DNA from: Octopus vulgaris
Lineage: Eukaryota
NCBI GenBank assembly: GCA_951406725.2
Contig: OX597827.1
Coordinates: 40,982,001 to 41,046,000 of the forward strand
DNA: 64,000 nt
Reading direction: 5' to 3'
Under the pieces are notes generated by a model. The model was given only the letters and a program-made list of their open reading frames with translations. It made no database searches and had not been told where the DNA came from. Shown piece after piece: positions 1-12,938 of this stretch. The position numbers and the translations under genes are program-made. Within the stretch, counting starts at the first letter, position 1, and each line of letters begins with the position of its first letter.

Positions 1-793
1 CCTAAAGGACATATTATATAATGTAGTCTTAGGTACCCTATGCCTGAATAAAAAAGAAACGCAGGATCATTATAACTAAGAAACCTTTGATCATAGGTCA
101 GCAGAAAGATCTCTAAGTACTACGAAACCTGTTCTTCAAACCTGGTTGGTTTCATGTCATCTCAGTATAGACCCCTTTCTCCTGAACTCACTCACCACAC
201 CTCTTGTTACTCATATTGTGTTTAACCACCCTACCCTATGTTCTACACCAACCACTATATTGAATCTTTCTTCTTCAGAACATCATCCCTCTGGAATACC
301 CAACCCGCCCATAGTTTTTCCAACAAGTTGCCTACGACTTCTGGTTGTTCAAGAATATTGAGCTCACTAATGTTGAACAGTGGGGAACACAGGCAGAGTT
401 CTTTTCTTCCAGAGAAGACCTATTTAATTTTTTTTTAATGCTTGAATGCAGGGATGGTGGGTAGGTAGGGAGAGGGTAAGTGTGGGTGGTATCAAATGTC
501 TCAAGTGACCAAACTGCAGGAGCAGTGGTGCTAGTGAAAGGGCATTCTTTTGAAATATTTCTGTATAGATAACAGCAACATCTGAGGCTGAAAATAGATA
601 AGGTGTATGAGTAGGAGGGGTATATTAGTCCTTCTCTCCTCCTCCTTATATCTCTCACTCTTTCTCTATCTTTCCCTCTCTCTCTTTCTGTCTTTCCTTC
701 TATTGCATCCTTTCTACTTCTCACTGTACTTCCCTTTCTCTCCACATATGTAAGACGAGGTGCTGGAAAGTTCTTGGCTTTAAGAGTATTTAA

Positions 794-1030
794 CCCTTAG
801 GGGACAACAGGGCTGAGTTATTGGCCAAAAAGTCAAATGACAAAGAAGAATGTATTAGTTCATTCAACTTCCTACAAGAATATATATAGTTTTATATATG
901 TAAAGTAATTACTTTATTTTTTTTATAATTCTTTTATTTTTTTATTAAGTCTATGCCCTCTGTAGGGCTTGTGAAAAGGGCCCCAACATCTTGGCAATGA
1001 ATCTCCAAATAAGGCTCCATCCCCAAAGGG
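794..1030. mobile_element. piggyBac-like MITE
   Basis: TTAA at 790-793 and 1031-1034 flanks an 11-bp TIR CCCTTAGGGGA / TCCCCAAAGGG (1 mismatch); non-coding interior. Confidence 0.65.
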
Positions 1031-1594
1031 TTAAACAAAACACAAAAGACATTAAGTATGTCACCTCAATAATGTTTACACTATTAGAGTTGCTTCTAAC
1101 TCAAATTTCAATTTGTGCAGCGCTTTTGCACATCATCTACCAAATCTACTCATAAGGGTTTGGTTGGTCAGGGTCCATCATAGAAAACATTTACCCAGGG
1201 TGCTATGTTGTGAAACAAAACCCAAAACCATGTAATTGGAAAGCAAACTTCTTCACCACACAACCATCATAAAAAACATTTACTGAAGGTACTATTGGGA
1301 CTGAACCCAAAACAACATAATTAATTAATCAATGAATGAATTAATTAAAAAACACCAAAAGTTTTTCAGCAATTTCTTGTTTCAAAAGCAGAACACTAAA
1401 TTATTTAAGAGTTTGCTGAAAAGGGAGAAGTTACAACTGACAATCAGTGGGGTCACTTCAAACTAACTCCCTCACCATCATGTACCTTAACACTGGAGGC
1501 CTAACCAAGGAGAGTAAGGGAGAGCATTGGGATCATGCTCTCTATGGTTTACCCAACTGTATTACACTGCTATATGTGATAGTTATTTAAGCAA

Positions 1595-1765
1595 GGCGCA
1601 AGAGTGGCTGTGTGGTAAGTAGATTGCTTACCAACCACATGGTTCTGGGTTCAGTCCCACTGCGTGGCACCTTGGATAAGTATCTTCTACTATAACCTCA
1701 AGCCAACCAAAGTCTTGTGAATGGATTTGGTAGACGGAAACAGAAAGAAGCTCATTGTATATGTG

Positions 1766-1830
<65 letters not shown>

Positions 1831-2034
1831 CTGTGTTTGTTCCCCCCCACCCACACCACTTGACAACCAATGCTGGTGTGTTTACGTCCCCGTAACTTAG
1901 CGGTTTGGCAAAAGAAACCGATAGAATAAGTACTAGGCTTACAAAGAATAAGTCCTGGGGTCGATTTCCTCGGCTAAAAGGCAGTGCTCCAGCATGGCCG
2001 CAGTCAAATGACTGAAACAAGTAAAAGAGTAAAG
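1595..2034 (+). mobile_element. SINE family A (tRNA-derived head, internal TA/TG tract, CR1-type tail), full length
   Basis: Head GGCGCAAGAGTGGCTGTGTGGTAAG with B box GGGTTCAGTCCC; tail GCATGGCCGCAGTCAAATGACTGAAACAAG(TAAAAGAG); many near-identical copies in the window. Confidence 0.9.
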
Positions 2035-2254
2035 TGTAATATGTTCGCGGATTAGATGTGGCACTGAAAAAGGAGCAAGAACTGTAATATGCATATACAT
2101 CCAGGACTTATTTTTCTGCCTTCAGTCGCATTCTTTACATAGATGTTTTCAAATACAAAATACTGTAAATGCCAGTGCTGGCTCAAATTTCTATAGAAAA
2201 ATCTGTAAAAATAACTTCTAAAACATGATGCTGCAACTATACATGCTATATATA

Positions 2255-2670
2255 GGCATAGGAGTGGCTGTGTGGTATGTAGCTTGCTTATGAACCACAT
2301 AGTTCTGGGTTCAGTCCCACTGCGTGGCAGCTTGGGAAAGTGTCTTCTACTATAGCCTTGAGCCAACCAAAGCCTTGTGAGTGGATTTGGTAGACGGAAA
2401 CTGAAGGAAGCCTGTCGTATATATGTATATATATATACATACATGTATGTATGTATGTGTGTATATGTTTGTATGTCTGTGTTTGTCCCCCCAACATCGC
2501 TTGACAACCAATGCTGGTATGTTTATGTCCCCGTAACTTAGTGGTTCGGCAAAAGAGACCGATAGAATAAGTACTAGGCTTACAAAGAATAAGTCCTGGG
2601 GTCGATTTCTTCAACTAAAAGGTGGTGCTCCGGCATGGCCACAGTCAAATGACTGAAACAAGTAAAAGAG
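2255..2670 (+). mobile_element. SINE family A, full length
   Basis: Colinear, high-identity match to 1595-2034. Confidence 0.9.
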
Positions 2671-3194
2671 TATATACTCTAACACACACCCTATTAAATT
2701 GACGAGTGTTTCATTAGTTTGCAGTGCTGAGTTCAACATTTCTAGTGTTTATGTATAGAGATTAGATTAGAATGAGCTGTGCTGTCAGGTTAACTTGTCC
2801 TTACAACTATTATATGACATACCAAGGATGTGATAAGTTATGGGATTTACTAAGTAATTTAAATATGCATGCAACCTGCCAGATATAGTAACCATGTGTA
2901 TCTCAAAATCATACCCTACTGTTGTAAAAAAAAAAAATGCAAGGAGACATGGGATAGTCATAAATCCACGATGTTTAAGAATATGAATGGGGTGGCCATG
3001 GATGGAACCCTTTGATTACAGGACTACTGGATTACAGCTAACTTTGAGCTAAATGTGTTGCATATACTACGCATGTATAGAGCTAAATATAGATGATGGT
3101 ATGATGTGTAATACAAATACATGCGGAGGAGTGTAATACAGATCTGTATGAGGAGTGGAATACACGTGTGCGGTGTGGGATGCACCTGATTGCA

Positions 3195-3345
3195 CAGTAT
3201 ATAATTCACAAAGGCATGCAATATGTAATACTCAAAGACATACAGTGTGTAATACATAAAGGCATACAGTAATACACAAAGACATGTAGTGTGTAATACA
3301 TAAAGGTATACTGTGTGAATATACACAAAGGCATGACTGTGTAAT
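3195..3345. repeat. Degenerate ~24-bp minisatellite (AGTGTGTAATACATAAAGGCATAC-like)
   Basis: About 6 diverged tandem units visible. Confidence 0.6.
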
Positions 3346-3579
3346 GTAATTATTCATGCAGGCAGGTCAGAGACATGACCAAATAGTTATGAAGTTTGAT
3401 TTGCAATCACAAGGTCCCATGTTCAATCCCACAGTGCAGCACCTTGAGCAGCTTTGAGTCAACCAAAGTATTGTAAATAGAATTGAGTAGGTAGGGAAGA
3501 AAACACAAGAAAGTCAGAATGAAGCAATGTTATGGCTTTATCTGATGGGAGATCTTTCCCAAGTCAAATAATCTCACAA

Positions 3580-3795
3580 GGCCAGCTTCCTGGTTTCCAT
3601 GGCACATATATTCCCCACCGGACAGGACATCAGTCTGTCGCAGGATTACTCACTTTTGCCAGCTGAGCGGACTGGAGCAACGAGAAATGAAATGTTTTTT
3701 CTTAAGAACACAAAGTATCGCCTGGTCTAGGAATTGAAACCACAATCTTACAATCATGAACCCAACACCATGACCACTAAACCACATACCTCCAC
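3580..3795 (-). mobile_element. SINE family B' (tRNA head plus GCTCCAGTCCACTCAGCTGG central domain)
   Basis: Reverse-complement match to 11476-11712; similar copies at 6105-6316 and 44480-44700. Confidence 0.8.
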
Positions 3796-4590
3796 ATCCA
3801 ATGAGAGTCATCCAATGGGAGGACTCACACTTCATTGGGAAGATTTTCATTGTAGCGTCATCAATGCAGTGCAAAAAGTGTATGATACATAATGACAATA
3901 AGATGAGGAAACAGAATGGAAATCTATCAAACAGATTCTATTTGTAATTCAGTTATGTTAATTAAGCTTGAAGATTCAATTAAGAGTACAACTGCATATG
4001 TGTGTGTTTCGGATACTCAACCACTTACTGTAATTAAAAGAGCAATTAGTTCTATTGATGAAAATAACTAGTGTACACATCATCAAAATGACAGAACACA
4101 ATTACACCTACATACACCAATATGTTACTACGTTATCTTTCATTCACCTCACTGCAAACACATTTCCTCAGCCTCAAAAATGACACGCCTCTTCTTCCAC
4201 TTGAGATGTACTTGACTGAAATAATGATAATGAAGAAGATGTTTTCTTTATTTGCCTCAAGGGCAGCAGAAACACATGAACTTTCAAGTGCACTAAGGAA
4301 GACAAAATTTTTGCTGTGTGTGTGGGAAGTTGTATAGAAGTTGTATTATACATATATACATGCATAAATATATATACACATACATATGCACACATATATG
4401 CGTACATATAAGCAGTTTAATGATATAGGCATACAGATACACATGTACATATATAGATATGAATACATATCTAATAGCATATCTTCCCTGATCAACAACT
4501 TTCATGACATGCTTCTGACCTCTGTCACTGATTTCATTCAATCAATAATGATCCTTTCCTTCTATGAATTTTGACAGATTTTGTACAAAT

Positions 4591-4904
4591 TTATTTGTTT
4601 ATGTGCCCTTTTCAAGCCTAGCCAGGCTCATGGGCCCGGTTTGCCAGATTTCTATGGCGTATGTGTTCCCCGCAGCCAGATGGGATGCCAGTCCATCGCA
4701 GCATTACCCAAGAAACAAGAAGAAAGAGTGAGAGAAAGTTGGGGCGAAAGAGTACAACAGGGGTTGCCACCACCCACTGCTGGAGCCTTGAGGAGCTTTA
4801 GGTGTTTTCATTCAATAAATACACACAATGCACAGTCTGGGAATCGAAACTGCGATCCTCCAACTGCGAATCCACTACCCAAACCACTGGGCCATTGCGC
4901 CTCC
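4591..4904 (-). mobile_element. SINE family B, full length, with 11-bp TSD
   Basis: tRNA-like head GGAGGCGCAATGGCCCAGTGG...GTTTCGATTCCC on minus; TSD TTTGTACAAAT at 4580-4590 and 4905-4915. Confidence 0.9.
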
Positions 4905-5129
4905 TTTGTACAAATACTTCAGGTTTTTTTTTTGTGTTTTGGGGTCAGCTGAACTATTGAATACCACATGACTTCATTTACATAAACTTAGTTGATAGAA
5001 GCTATATACTTTATGCAATCAAACTTCTTCCTTTTGGTAGGATTTGTTTTTTCAAGCATACTATTCCGAGTCATCTATCATAAAAAACGTATTTTTACAC
5101 TACATAACAGAGATTGTCACAGTTCAGCA

Positions 5130-5280
5130 TGGCACTACATTGATGGCTTCATCCATGTTCTGAGCAAAGTACTGAAGTCCTGGATCAACCAGGTAACTGC
5201 AAGAAGGCCATACATATGGCAGCAAGACTCTGTGCCCTACCACACCAGATGAAAGACCCAAGCCTGGCTGTCTGAGAATT
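5130..5280 (+). pseudogene. Tc1/mariner (DD37D/maT-like) transposase fragment
   Basis: Translates as ...VLKSWINQVTARRPYIWQQDSVPYHTR*KTQAWLSEN, matching the second catalytic Asp motif (WQQDSAPxH). Confidence 0.75.
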
Positions 5281-6104
5281 CCTTCTTGACTTCTTTACGT
5301 TAGTGTAATGAGATAGTGTCAAAGGGACAGAAAATGAGAAGGTACTGCAAGGTACTGCACAGTGAGACTGAACCCAAAACCAAATTGCTGGGAAGCAAGC
5401 TCTTTAACAACACAACCCCCCCCCCCCAAAAAAAAAAACCCAAAAAAGTGGTATGGCAGTGAAGAGATTTGAACTGCCTTATGCTGCCCAGCCACACTAC
5501 CAACATCCTTTGTGAATATGAATTTGTTGTTATGATTTGCTATAATTTTCTGTTAACTTTAGCATGCATCATGAACTGATATTTTCATATGTACTTTTAT
5601 GGCTTGGTAACATTAGTATTCCATGTGAGTCATTTCATTCATGTTACACACTATATGCTCTGCTCTTGTTTTCATATCGTACTTTATTCCTAACTTCTGG
5701 TTCAATTTGACTGTTGAGATCAACCTAATTTCCTTTACAAAGGAAAACCACAGCTGATGTCTCACATTGGGAAGTTTCATTCATTAACTGCTCCATGAAA
5801 TGTATAGACACATGAATGTACACACAAAAGTTTAATACATACCCATACATATACTAATAAGCAGGTCACATGAATATTAAAAATATTGATTATTTAGAGG
5901 ATAACACAATCAAAACTTCTTATTAAAGAATAAATTCAAAAAGAGATAGAGCAGATTCAGAGGACATATCAGGTTGCTCCCAAATCCCTTAGTAATTTTA
6001 CTCAAGGCTGTTTTGTTTTTTGGGTTTTTTTTTTTTTGATCCAAGATAACAATTTGGTAGAGTCAGTAGAGTGTTGAACAGAATGGTTAGTCCACAATAA
6101 GGAG

Positions 6105-6316
6105 CAAAGGGTCAGTTTTCTGGTTTCTCTGGCGTACATGTTCCTCCATGGATCGGACACTGATCTGTCTCATGAGTACTCATTTTTGCCAGCTGACTGG
6201 ATTGGAGCAACATGAAATGAAATGTTTTGCTCAATTTTTTGATTCCTGGTCCAGGAATCGAAACCACAATTTTATGATCATGAGTCCAACACCCTAACCA
6301 CTAAGCCATGTGCTCC
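6105..6316 (-). mobile_element. SINE family B'
   Basis: Similar to 3580-3795. Confidence 0.75.
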
Positions 6317-6837
6317 TATGTTGAACAAAATTCCTTGCAGCATTCATCACAGTTCTCTGTGCTCTTAGTTTGACTCCCACTTTGACCAACTTTGCCTTTC
6401 ACTCTTTTGGTGGGAAATATAAAAAGTACCTTCAAGTGCAATGGATTGACAGAACTGTAAGAGTATCAGACTGGATGCCATGCAATATTTGTCCTATATC
6501 TTTGCTTTCTAAGTTCAAATCTCACCATGGCCTGCTTGGGTAGTAGAATTAAACTGTCTTTGGGTTTAATACACCACCTGGTACCCTTGCTGCCTTTAAT
6601 GCAGTGGTTCGCCCACAATCTATGCAGACATCTACCCAATTCATCCCAGCGATAAACCTACCCAACTTCAGCATACCGTACTACCCAACTCCTGCCTCCA
6701 CTAACCACCACACACACACACCAAAGGTAAGTCCCCTCAGCTATAACACACCATGTTACCACACATCCTCACCACCACAATCCAAGTAGATATCCTTCCC
6801 TTACTCCAGGGTCTATCCCTAGGGTAAGCTGAGGATA

Positions 6838-7012
6838 GTCAGTGAGCTGACAGAACTGTTAGCACACCAGGTGAAATGCTTAGTGGTATTTCGTCTGTTT
6901 TTATGTTCTGAGTTCAAATTCTGCCAAGGTCGACTTTCAGCCTTTTATCCTTTTGGGGTCAATAAAATAAGTACCAATTGAGTACTGGGGGTCGATGTAA
7001 TTGACTTAATTA
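6838..7012 (+). mobile_element. SINE family C (GGCGGTGAGCTGGCAG head)
   Basis: Matches 20887-21116; B-box-like GAGTTCAAATTC. Confidence 0.8.
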
Positions 7013-7328
7013 CTTCTGAGTAAGGAGTATAAAAAACTGCACCCCTCATCCAAGCCATATCAAGCCAGTGTGGTAGAATAGGTTGACCAAACCAGTATGA
7101 TTTCAAGCTTAAATTCATGGCTTTCACAAACCAGATTGTAATTGGTGGGAGAGAGCATGCTGATGATTTTGTCCTGCAGTGGACTTAAAATAGGCGACAT
7201 AATCCAAGGTGAGGATCTCTGCTTGTCATGCTACCAAAACCCTAACTTCTGCATCTTCTTGTCTTTCTTTCTTTCTCTCTCTCTCAAACAAAAGACAAGA
7301 GCCAAAAGTATGGTATTCTTTATATATA

Positions 7329-7657
7329 GGCGTAGGAGTGGCTGTGTGGTAAGTAGCTTACTTACCAATCACATGGTTCCGGGTTCAGTCCCACTGCTTG
7401 GCACCTTGGGCAAGTGTCATATATAAGTATGTATGTGTGTGTATATGTTTGTGTGTGTGTTTGTTCCCCCAACATTTCTTGACATCTAATGCTGGTGTGT
7501 TTACGTCCCCGTAACTTAGCGGTTCAGCAAAAGAGACCAATAGAATAAGTACTAGGCTTACAGAGAATAAGTCCTGGGGTCGATTTGCTCGACTAAAGGC
7601 AGTGTTCCAGCATGGCCACAGTCACATGACTGAAACAAGTAAAAGAGAGTAAAGAGT
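7329..7657 (+). mobile_element. SINE family A with internal deletion
   Basis: Head and tail match 1595-2034, central segment missing. Confidence 0.88.
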
Positions 7658-8084
7658 GTATGTCTCATGGCAAGTGAACTTATCAAACCCATCTGTGAAT
7701 TTTCCAATTTAAAGTTAAGAAATAAGCCCTCACCCACAAACACGACATCCCACTCGTGGATTTGAACATCAAGACTTATCAACTGGTTGATACCCAATTA
7801 TCCTATCCCCTTGACTATCTCACTTTTATGCCCAATACTGGTAGGTACACCCAGTTCCTCTCTGCACTTGTTAACCTCGTTGTTTCACAGACAGACACAC
7901 ACCAGCAGATTCAGAGATCAACACTGAAAATAGAAACCACGGAAACCACATAAGGGTTTCTGGGTAGTGGCCACTACAGAAAGGCAAAAGTTGGGTTGAT
8001 AGTGGTGGTGGTGGTATAGTGATGAATTATGTGGTGGATATAGTGGCAATGGTGATGGTGTGGACAGTGGTAACAACAAAAAGT

Positions 8085-8530
8085 CATGGTGGTGCTTATA
8101 ATGAATGAGAGTAATAACAATTGTGGTGGTGACAGTGGTAATGGTGATGGTGGTGGTAGTGATGGCGGTGGTGGTGGTGATGGTGGTGATGGTGGCGGTT
8201 GTGGTAGTGATTGTGGCGGTGGTGGTGGTGATGATGGCAGTTGTGGCGGTGGTGCTGGTGATGATGATGGCGGTGGTGGTGATGATGATGATGATGGTGG
8301 CGGTGGTGATGATGATGGCGGCGGTGGTGGTGATGATGGTGGCGGTGGTGGTGGTGGTGGCGGTGGTGGTGGTGATGATGATGATGGTGGCAGTGGTGGT
8401 GGTGGTGATGATGGCAGTGGTGGTGGTGATGATGGCAATGGTGGTGATGATGGCAGTGGTGGTGATGATGGCAGTGGTGGTGGTGGTAATGGTGGTTGCA
8501 TGGACAGAGGTGATGTGAGTGTTATGATGG
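8085..8530. repeat. (GGT/GAT/GGC)n compound trinucleotide microsatellite
   Basis: Direct reading; explains the Gly-, Pro- and Val-rich ORFs. Confidence 0.95.
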
Positions 8531-8898
8531 CAGTAGTCACAATGCTATGCAACTGTAATGATGGCGATTGCTATCAGTACTTGTCGAAAGTCTGTAGATG
8601 AAGAAAGCAGAACTGACGGTGCCAGGGGTTGCAGGAGTTAAGTCAAATTGGTGCAGACCAGCCCCTCCTTCCTCCCAACTGTCCATTGTTCTTTTGTTTC
8701 ACAAACAATAAAATGCAGTCGGCCACTCATTAGTTATTTCCTTCCTCAACACCAATACACCATCACCATCATCACTATCAACAATATCCCGAGACAAGCC
8801 AACATAGTCGCTCAACTTACTAGAAATAACAGCCAAATTACCCTCAAACAACACTGTCTCTTAACAAAATCACAAAGGACACATTGCATAAAACACAT

Positions 8899-9405
8899 TT
8901 TTCTGTTTTATTTTTTTCAGTCATTGGGCTATGGCCATGCTGGGGCACCACCTTGAAGTGTTTTAGTTGAACAGATTGCTTCTCCACCACTTCACCAATT
9001 TAAAAAATTTTTTTTAATGTGGTACTTACTCTATTAGTCTCTTTTACTGAACTGCTAAGTTACAAGGATGTAAACAAACTGACACCGATTGTCAGGCTGT
9101 AGTGGGGAACAAAGATACAAAGACACACACTCATATACATGGATCACACCTTATTCTCTTTACTCTTTTACTTGTTTCGGTCATTTGACTGTGGCCATGC
9201 TGGAGCGCCACCTTTAGTTGAGTAAATTGAACCCAGGACTTATTCTTTGTAAGCCTAGTACTTATTCTATGGGTCTCTTTTGCCGAACCGCTAAGTTATG
9301 GGGATGTAAACACACCAGCGTCAGTTGTCAAGCAATGGTGGGAGGGGGGACAAACACAGACACAAACATATACACACACACACATACATACATATATATA
9401 TATAT
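8899..9405 (-). mobile_element. Two adjacent 3' halves of SINE family A
   Basis: Reverse complement of the family A tail at about 8899-9135 and 9153-9405. Confidence 0.8.
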
Positions 9406-9466
9406 ATTGATAAAAACGGTAAGATAATAAAAGAAAGAAAGAGACCTCGATATTATGTAACTAGAA

Positions 9467-9636
9467 GAATTTATCTGTAAATGTAATTAATATGCGACAA
9501 TTATTCGGTAGCCAAGATAAAACTCTGAGTTTCGGATGCCGAAGTGGTGGCATGGATTTCCACCTCGGCATCCGAAACCCAGAGTTTTATCTTGGCTACC
9601 GAATAATTGTCATATATTACATTTACAAATAAATTC
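9467..9636. repeat. ~80-bp-arm palindrome, probable Penelope-like element terminal remnant
   Basis: Arms 9467-9547 and 9560-9636 are near-perfect reverse complements; the flank 9408-9460 recurs at ~29171-29218. Confidence 0.75.
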
Positions 9637-9737
9637 ATATATATATATATATATATATATGGTGCAACCAGTTTTCAGTCAAACCCATGCCAGCATGGAA
9701 AATGGACGTTAAATGATAATGATGATGATGGTCTTAA

Positions 9738-9960
9738 CCCTTTAACATTTAAACTAGCCATATCTGGCCAAAATATTCTTCCTGTTTTATGTGCAAACTG
9801 GTCGGATCCAGCCTTTCACACCTACCCTGCAATGTTAGTTTAAAAAATATATATGGTTACATAATCAAAATCTCATGGCTACAAGATAATACAGGATAAA
9901 TTCAAAACCGTGGGTATAAATAAGCATTATATTTCACAGAATAATTTGAATGATAAAGGA
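9738..9960 (-). mobile_element. piggyBac-like MITE, older copy inverted relative to 10042-10261
   Basis: TTAA-CCCTTT start; aligns along its length to the reverse complement of 10042-10261. Confidence 0.75.
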
Positions 9961-10041
9961 CTAATTACCAACCACAAAACCAGAATTGTTAAGTCATGTT
10001 GCCTCAGTAAACAAATCATCATCGTTTAATGTCCGTTTTAA

Positions 10042-10261
10042 CCCTTTAGTGTTCAGATTACTCTGTTAAATGTAATATTTTTTTACTCAAATTGCTTTTA
10101 ATTAATCATGCATTATCTTATAGCTTTGAGGTTTCAATGACGTGATTGTTCATTTTTAGAATGTTACTGTAGGTTAGGTGTGAGAGCCCTGATCTGGTCA
10201 GTTTAAACATAAAACAGGTAGAAAACTTCGGCCGGATATGGCCAGTTTCAACACTAAAGGG
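10042..10261 (+). mobile_element. piggyBac-like MITE
   Basis: Perfect 12-bp TIR CCCTTTAGTGTT / AACACTAAAGGG with TTAA TSD at 10038-10041 and 10262-10265. Confidence 0.88.
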
Positions 10262-10649
10262 TTAAACGATGATGATGATGATATGTTTATTGAGGCAATA
10301 AATATGTCCATGGAAAATAGCTTCAAATATGACATTCTCAAGAAAAGATACTATGGTAAATAAAACTGCTTCCCGCAGTTAAGGGTAATGAAATTTTGAG
10401 TGAAATATCTAATTTTTACAGTAAAATGGTTGAAGTTAGTTCAATCTAGAATACAGTGATCTTGTTTTTTTTTTTGTTTTGTTTTTTTTTGTTTTTTTCT
10501 AATGAGCTTTGGCTGATAAAAATATAAAAATTATCTTCTGAAGTTCAGTACTACAAAGAAAATGCAGAACAGGCTGAGCAACAAGCAAAGCAAGATGGCT
10601 TCTTTATGAAAAATCTTCATACACACAGCAAGATCAAGCACAAGAATGT

Positions 10650-11992
10650 GTGTGTAATCTTGTAGAAACTAATACTGGGAGAGATAAGCTGAATGTGATG
10701 CTCCTATTACAAGTGATTTTAAAAACTAAGATACAAATAACACAAACTGAAGATATTCTTGAAAAACACACAGAGGAAAAAGAAGATATCATGAAGGGTG
10801 AGAGTACTTCAAAGATTGCTAAAGTATGTGGTACTCTACCTGCCTTGGATTATAGTAACTCAGTCAAAATAGCTATATTTCTGCAGTGATAATTTGTAAT
10901 AGTTTATGATCCAACAAGGGATAAGCAAATGGTGAAGAAATGAGCTCTCAATAGCAGATATATTCTAGTCCAAAAGATGTGTGTGTGGGGGGGTTGTTTT
11001 TGCTGTAAGTTACTCAGTAAAAAGTAGATAAATAAATAAAATGGTACATAATCTCTACAAGAAGCAAATTCAAAATCTAGAAGAATGCTGAAACAATTCT
11101 TCATGTAAGGAGAATATTGATTATTTAGAAAACTGTCAGATTTGTATAAACTTGTGTCTAAAAGAAAAACAATAATGCTGCGCTAACCAGCAGAAAATTA
11201 CGAAAGAAGATCAATACTGGCAACAATTTTTGCAACAACAGATGGCTTTAATCAAAGTTCTTGCATGCAGAACTAAGCTTAAACAGATATTCTGCAAATA
11301 GTGAATTAAAGCTCAGGTTCTTGCCTATTCAATTTGAAGGTTCAAGTTTGTGGTGTCTTTGTTACACGGTGCAATGCCCCTTTTTTCAAGACAATCTCAC
11401 TAGTAAAGTACTACAAAATATGGGAAAACAGCTTACACCCAGCACCAAGACAACTGCAAGGGACTAAGAAATATAGTGGAGGCACGTGGTTAGGGTGCTG
11501 GATTCATGATTATAAGATTGTGGTTTCGATTCCTGGACCAGGCAATGCGTTGTTGTTCTTGAGCCAAAACACTCCATTTCACGTTGCTCCAGTCCACTCA
11601 GCTGGCAAAAATTGAGTACTCCTGCGACAGACCAGCATCCCATCCATGTAAGGATTATATATACTCCATGGAAACCAGCTCTGATGAGTCAGAATGACAC
11701 AAGAAAGTAAATTAACCCTTCTTTTTTTTATACTAAGAAATGTCTTGTGGACTGCAGGTGTGAATGAGGGCTTTCAATAAATTTTGGTAGGTTTGTCTGA
11801 GACTGTGAAGGAAGGAGACATTCAACCAAACTTTGAGACAGAACAAACAAGAAACAGAAGAAAGAGGTGACAGTTTGAACACAAGACTCAAAAGAAAAAC
11901 ACAGCCAAATTCCAAAAACAAATTTAAACAAGATTTCTACAATGTTTGTCTTACATTATCAAACAATCTGTTGAAGTGAAATTTCAACAGCC
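10650..11992 (+). pseudogene. Decayed hAT (ZMYM1-like) transposase interrupted by a SINE
   Basis: Fragmentary translations GEE...SPKD..CFCCKL (TTF zinc-finger region), EDQYWQQFLQQQMALIKVLA, FKFVVSL...FQDNLTSKVLQ, RNRRKR*QFE...NKFKQDFYNVCL occur in the order expected for hAT transposases; many stops and frameshifts; left boundary approximate. Confidence 0.7.
11476..11712 (+). mobile_element. SINE family B' inserted in the hAT remnant
   Basis: tRNA-like head GTGGAGGCACGTGGTTAGGG...GTTTCGATTCC; ACTAAGAAAT repeated on both sides. Confidence 0.8.
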
Positions 11993-12207
11993 AGGTCCCG
12001 TAAAGGTCACGGGCAATATTTTATAAATATCATAGTCATAATTTTATGATGGTGTTTGCAGTTGAGTACCTTATTTACTAATTAATTTGTCACTTTAGTC
12101 ATCTCTAAATGTACATGCGTGTGTGCATGTGAATGTGAATGAATGTCAGTATGCACACACAAGGCAGATGACTGGTTGGCTAGCTTGTTAGCTACATGAA
12201 TAGACAA

Positions 12208-12581
12208 GGCATGGCTGCATGGTAAGAAGCTTGCTTCAAAACCATATGGTTCTGGGTTCAGTTCCACTGTGTGGAACCTTGGACAAGTGTCTTCTACTAT
12301 AGACTCAGGCCAACTAAAGCCTTGTGAGTGGATTTAGTAAATAGAAACTAAAAAAAAAAGACTGTTGTGTGTGTGTTTGTCACCCATCACGACTTGATAA
12401 CTAGTGTTAGTATAATTACATCCACATAGCTTAGCAGTTCAGCAAAAGGGACCACAGACTAAGTACTAGGCTTTAAAAAAAAATAATAAGTCCTGGGGTT
12501 GATTTGTTCAATTAAAACCCTTCAAGACGGTGCCCCAGCATGGCCACAGTCAAATGACTGAAACAAGTAAAGATAAAAGAT
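12208..12581 (+). mobile_element. SINE family A, older copy
   Basis: Colinear with 1595-2034; tail CAGTCAAATGACTGAAAC. Confidence 0.85.
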
Positions 12582-12723
12582 ACAGATGGCAGACAGATAA
12601 GTAAAAGTGTTGCAGCTTACTCCCAAGTTAGCCATTATCAAGCAGACCTAAGACCAAAAACATTCTAGCCAGGGTCACCCCAGCATTTTGTACATCAAGG
12701 AAATACACTGTCCAACACATATT

Positions 12724-12938
12724 CTTTTCTACTCTAGGCACAAGGCCCGAAATTTTGGGGGAGGGGGCCCAGTCAATTATATTGACCCTAGTACACAAGT
12801 GGTACTTAATTTATCAACCCCAAAAGGATGAAAAGCAAAGTCAACCTCAGCGGAATTTGAACCCAGAATGTAAAGACAGACGAAATACCGATTAGAATTT
12901 CGCCTGGCGTGCTAATGTTTCTGCTAGCTCAACGCCTT
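12724..12938 (-). mobile_element. SINE family C with 17-bp TSD
   Basis: TSD ACTGTCCAACA(C/T)ATATT at 12707-12723 and 12939-12955. Confidence 0.88.

Noticed and set aside
4120-4580. Possible minus-strand exons (e.g. QVHLKWKKRRVIFEAEEMCLQ)
   Set aside because: Short frames with stops, inconsistent splice phases and no recognisable homology
7974-8601. Pro-rich and Gly/Asp-rich ORFs resembling extensin or glycine-rich proteins
   Set aside because: Trinucleotide microsatellite open in several frames on both strands; the same applies to 45066-45452, 47426-48569 and 50559-51131
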